From the IMG/VR virus record IMGVR_UViG_3300010970_000163: DNA of 64,000 bases. One strand, given 5' to 3'. Positions 60,565 to 64,000 of this stretch are shown piece by piece; within the stretch, counting starts at the first letter, position 1, and each line of letters opens with the position of its first letter. This DNA comes from an uncultured virus (IMG/VR IMGVR_UViG_3300010970_000163) (taxonomy: Duplodnaviria > Heunggongvirae > Uroviricota > Caudoviricetes). The notes beneath the pieces were generated by a model that worked only from the letters and a program-made list of their open reading frames with translations, made no database searches and had not been told where the DNA came from. The translations under genes and the position numbers were made by a program.

Positions 60565-61959
60565 ATGGCTACTACATTACACTTTAACATAACCACTAAA
60601 AAGGTCAAAGTTGATCAGGACGTTTCTCAAGATTTGTATGGTATTATCACAGGACCATCAGGTGTTGCTTTCGTTACAAAAAATTCATTAGGAAATGAGT
60701 TGATTGATGGAGACGTTGAATCTATTTATTTCAACCTTCCACTTGACACGTCAAATAGTATTGTGTACGGAAATTACACGTTGAAGTATGGAACTGCGGT
60801 GATTAATCCTAATGATCCTGAGACATATACATCTGTGTCTTTTACTTATTTAGGTGCCGATGTTTTAACTGCTTGTTTTACTGTAGAGCATAATTGCGAT
60901 TATTACCCAACTGGTTTAATTACAGCTACAGACAGCACGTATTACGGGGATAATTCAGGAACGGCAACTAGCCCAGAGATTCTTTCTCGCACGTTATCTC
61001 TATACTACCCAGATGGTTTGGTTAATCCAACACCTGCTGTAAATCCTGTTGAAGGTGTTCAATCTCCTATTACTACAGGATCTTATGCATTAACTGTAGA
61101 CACTCTTGCTACAGGAATGTGGACAGCTATCATGGATGTAGAACTTTTGTATACACAGCAAGATGATCTTGTTATTGAATATCAATTAAAGAAAACATTA
61201 AACCACAACGTAGCTTGTGTAGGTCAATTATGTTCAATTAACGGATGTATAGATGGCATGACTCAAGCGTTTAATTCTGATGTTGCCTGTGGTGTTACAA
61301 CTCCTCGTTACGCGAAGCAATTGACCTTGATTAATGCTTACTTCTCTCAATATCAAATGGAGAGAGCTTGTGGCAATACAGCTAAGGCTAATGAGTATTT
61401 AAACTTAATGAATGAGTTAGTTAGCGGCACATCTACTTGCAATTGCTCTTCTGGTTCTTGTTCAGGCTCTTGCGGATCTTCTTGCTCATGTGATTCATGC
61501 GGAGATGATAATACCCCACGTTGGATTAACACTCCAGGATCTACTACTCAATCTGTACTAGAGCAGATGCAGAATGATATAACTACTATTGAAGGTGATG
61601 TTGTAACTTTACAAGAAGATGTTGAAGCACTTCAACCTACATATAAAGTTTACACGGCTTTGCTTTCAACTTTTGAAGATAATGCCCCTACTGCTGAAAT
61701 ACTTGAAAACACTATAGGCTCTATCGTATGGACAAGAGTATCTGAGGGATTTTATCAAGCTACTTTATCAAGTGCTTTTACATTAAATAAAACCTTTGTT
61801 TTAGTTGGTCCTTATGATATAAATAATGGAAATGTTTGGTTTGTTAAACACGCTTTACAATCCGTTAATTCTATTCTATTATATGCTTTTGATGAAGGTG
61901 GCAATCTAATTGATGGATTAGGCACTAATGTTTCAATTGAAATTAGAGTTTATAACTAA
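60565..61959 (+). CDS. Putative virion structural protein with a Cys-rich linker
   Basis: Likely start MATTLHF. Has a CNCSSGSCSGSCGSSCSCDSC segment and a C-terminal YKVYTALL...IEIRVYN domain. Confidence 0.55.
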   Translation: MATTLHFNITTKKVKVDQDVSQDLYGIITGPSGVAFVTKNSLGNELIDGDVESIYFNLPLDTSNSIVYGNYTLKYGTAVINPNDPETYTSVSFTYLGADVLTACFTVEHNCDYYPTGLITATDSTYYGDNSGTATSPEILSRTLSLYYPDGLVNPTPAVNPVEGVQSPITTGSYALTVDTLATGMWTAIMDVELLYTQQDDLVIEYQLKKTLNHNVACVGQLCSINGCIDGMTQAFNSDVACGVTTPRYAKQLTLINAYFSQYQMERACGNTAKANEYLNLMNELVSGTSTCNCSSGSCSGSCGSSCSCDSCGDDNTPRWINTPGSTTQSVLEQMQNDITTIEGDVVTLQEDVEALQPTYKVYTALLSTFEDNAPTAEILENTIGSIVWTRVSEGFYQATLSSAFTLNKTFVLVGPYDINNGNVWFVKHALQSVNSILLYAFDEGGNLIDGLGTNVSIEIRVYN

Positions 61960-61965
61960 TAAATT

Positions 61966-62712
61966 ATGACACTAGACGTAATATACGAACAAGTTTATTT
62001 AAAGCTTGGAAAGGATGCCTACGGTAACGTAGTTACTCCTGATAGTTTTAATCAATCACTTAGCTATGCTAATATTGAAAAGTTGAATGACTTTTTAATA
62101 GTATTGGAGCAGGATGAGGAGATGATTGATAATCTACGTCCTTTTGTTGTTACTCTTGGTGACAATGCTTCATCTCCTATTTATTTGGATGAGTATGGAT
62201 ATGCTGTTCTTCCTTCAGATTACGTAAGATATGTTCAGAGTAGTCGTATGGATTACACTAACAATACAACGGGATCTACAGAAGTATACAGACATATTGA
62301 GATGCTAACGAACAAAGATTTTTCTTATCGTCTTAGCACCTCTCTTTACTCCCCTACACTGAGCAGACCGATTGCCACTGTACAAAACGAGAAGTTATTA
62401 GTTAGACCTAAGGGCATTAATGATATTAGTTTTACATATGTCAGAATGCCATTAACACCTAACTACGACTACGACTTTAGCGATATTACTTTCTTACCTG
62501 TATATCTCCCTCCAGGAACTGATCACGGCTCTTTACCTGACACTACAGTGCGTCCTGGATTTACGGCAGGTGATCCAAGTGAGAGCGTTGAGTTAGAGTG
62601 GCCAGAGGATGTGCATGATGATATCATCAATATTATTTACAAATTCTTCGCTATTAATCTTAAGGATATGAATAGCTTGCAGACTATAGAAATTGAAAAA
62701 GGTAGACCATAA
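61966..62712 (+). CDS. Tail ring/adaptor protein (P22 gp4-like)
   Basis: TP..FN, LPSDY, TYVRMP..P and ELEWPEDVHDDII motifs. Confidence 0.7.
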   Translation: MTLDVIYEQVYLKLGKDAYGNVVTPDSFNQSLSYANIEKLNDFLIVLEQDEEMIDNLRPFVVTLGDNASSPIYLDEYGYAVLPSDYVRYVQSSRMDYTNNTTGSTEVYRHIEMLTNKDFSYRLSTSLYSPTLSRPIATVQNEKLLVRPKGINDISFTYVRMPLTPNYDYDFSDITFLPVYLPPGTDHGSLPDTTVRPGFTAGDPSESVELEWPEDVHDDIINIIYKFFAINLKDMNSLQTIEIEKGRP

Positions 62713-63305
62713 TGACTAAGAGAGACCTGATAGATTTAATACAAGAGCGTTTGGCTAGTGGTGATGTTCCTAACGACATCATGGGCCGCTATAAATACCA
62801 AACGGTATCGGCTCTTATTGCTATTGTGTATCAAGAAGCAGCAACAGCTGACAACTCGGTACTCGGCACAATGGTACTGCCATATGACTTGGCTGTAACG
62901 TGTGAGAACGGTAAGTACATCAGTATGCTTACTGCGGCTCCTGCATACGGCCCAATGAGTGTTAAGTACGCTACAGATTCTTGTGGCAATACATACTACT
63001 CTCGTCAAAGCGATGATCAGAATTTATTCTTAACCAGAATTAAGAATATGTCTAAGCCTGAGTTCTATGTGCGTGGTAAGAAATTGATCTGGACGTGCAA
63101 TCCAAACTTTGATACTACTACAGTTTACATGGTTCCTAACTTCTTAGATATGGATGATAGTGAAGAGGCGGTAATGCCTAGTTCTATCTCAGCTATTCTA
63201 ACTCGTGTTGTTGAATTGGTTCGCGCTACAGATACAAGACCTCAGGAAGTTGTAAATAATACGAGTCAAGACAATACTCCTAAACAAACTAATTACGCTC
63301 AATAA
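62712..63305 (+). CDS. Tail ring protein
   Basis: Coupled to the previous gene; synteny with crAss-like ring genes. Confidence 0.55.
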   Translation: MTKRDLIDLIQERLASGDVPNDIMGRYKYQTVSALIAIVYQEAATADNSVLGTMVLPYDLAVTCENGKYISMLTAAPAYGPMSVKYATDSCGNTYYSRQSDDQNLFLTRIKNMSKPEFYVRGKKLIWTCNPNFDTTTVYMVPNFLDMDDSEEAVMPSSISAILTRVVELVRATDTRPQEVVNNTSQDNTPKQTNYAQ

Positions 63306-64000
63306 TGGAAGGTACTCCTGTAAAAAATATAGAATACGTAATTCAATCGGCACTCAATCGTGTTAAGGGACAGACTACAGAGATCCCTCGCTTAGAGCAG
63401 ATCGGTATAGAATGGATGAGTGAGGTTGTTAGAGGAACCACAGCGTTCCCTTGCCTTAAGGTGGCACACTTAGATATTAACTCAGTTAATCAAGTTGCCC
63501 TTCCTCCTGATATCATGAGATACACAAAGATCGCGCTTGACTACGGTGGACGTTTATGGACATTGGGATTGGATCCGAATATGTCTCTCCCTACAGATAT
63601 GCAGGCTTGCGATAGTATTCCTCAAGCAAGCGCAACAGATATTCAAACCGGGGTGTACTTTATTGATCACTCATGGAATGGAGTTTATTTCCCGGCTCTA
63701 TTTGCAGCAGGTGGTGGTTTTAACCAAGCTTATTACAGAGTAGATCCAACAAATACTTTTATACAATTAAGTAATGACATCCGAGGTGGTAAGATTGTTT
63801 TAGAGTATTTAAGCACTGGTGCTGATATCAACTCTCAGACTCTTGTCCCTCACTACTATATCGAGCCAATGAGAAATTACATCATTTGGCAATTAGCAGA
63901 ATTTGAGCCACAGAAATATCCTGTGAATGCTCAAAACAGAGAGAGAATTTATACTGAATCTATGGCAGATGCAGCGATGTCTCAAGGTAATACTATTGAT
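63305..64000 (+). CDS. Tail ring protein (3'-truncated; not in ORF track)
   Basis: Open frame MEGTPVKNIEYV...LPPDIMRYTKI...IVLEYLSTG running off the window. Confidence 0.65.
   Translation, partial: MEGTPVKNIEYVIQSALNRVKGQTTEIPRLEQIGIEWMSEVVRGTTAFPCLKVAHLDINSVNQVALPPDIMRYTKIALDYGGRLWTLGLDPNMSLPTDMQACDSIPQASATDIQTGVYFIDHSWNGVYFPALFAAGGGFNQAYYRVDPTNTFIQLSNDIRGGKIVLEYLSTGADINSQTLVPHYYIEPMRNYIIWQLAEFEPQKYPVNAQNRERIYTESMADAAMSQGNTID

Noticed and set aside
1..64000. Stop-codon reassignment as in some crAss-like phages
   Set aside because: Long genes are intact in the standard code, TAG and TGA end genes normally, and I found no suppressor tRNA.

Overview
This window is most of a circularly permuted dsDNA phage genome, probably about 65-70 kb, from a Bacteroidota-infecting podovirus with a crAss-like virion module. 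The order terminase-portal-scaffold-major capsid-ring proteins runs off the right end and continues as a tail-stabilisation gene at the left end. Next come three ejection-type proteins (one a 3480-aa polyvalent protein), ferritin, lysis genes and a tail fibre. The middle holds RecT/YqaJ recombination genes, dense arrays of small early genes, a long non-coding putative terminus, and a replication module (initiator, primase-helicase, SSB, DnaA-C-like protein). I recognised no DNA polymerase or RNA polymerase gene, and Bacteroidota TAnnTTTG promoters occur throughout. The most striking signal is RNA-based. Two type I hammerhead ribozymes with the same stem I flank one early gene that carries T3-SAMase-like motifs. 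Upstream in the same transcript lie a long structured leader, a boxA-like site and a tRNA mimic. A second, apparently related structured RNA plus tRNA mimic lies near 40.5-40.8 kb. There is also a kissing-loop attenuator ahead of the replication operon and a dense array of operator-like palindromes. All protein calls are by-eye motif and synteny recognition; no searches were run.
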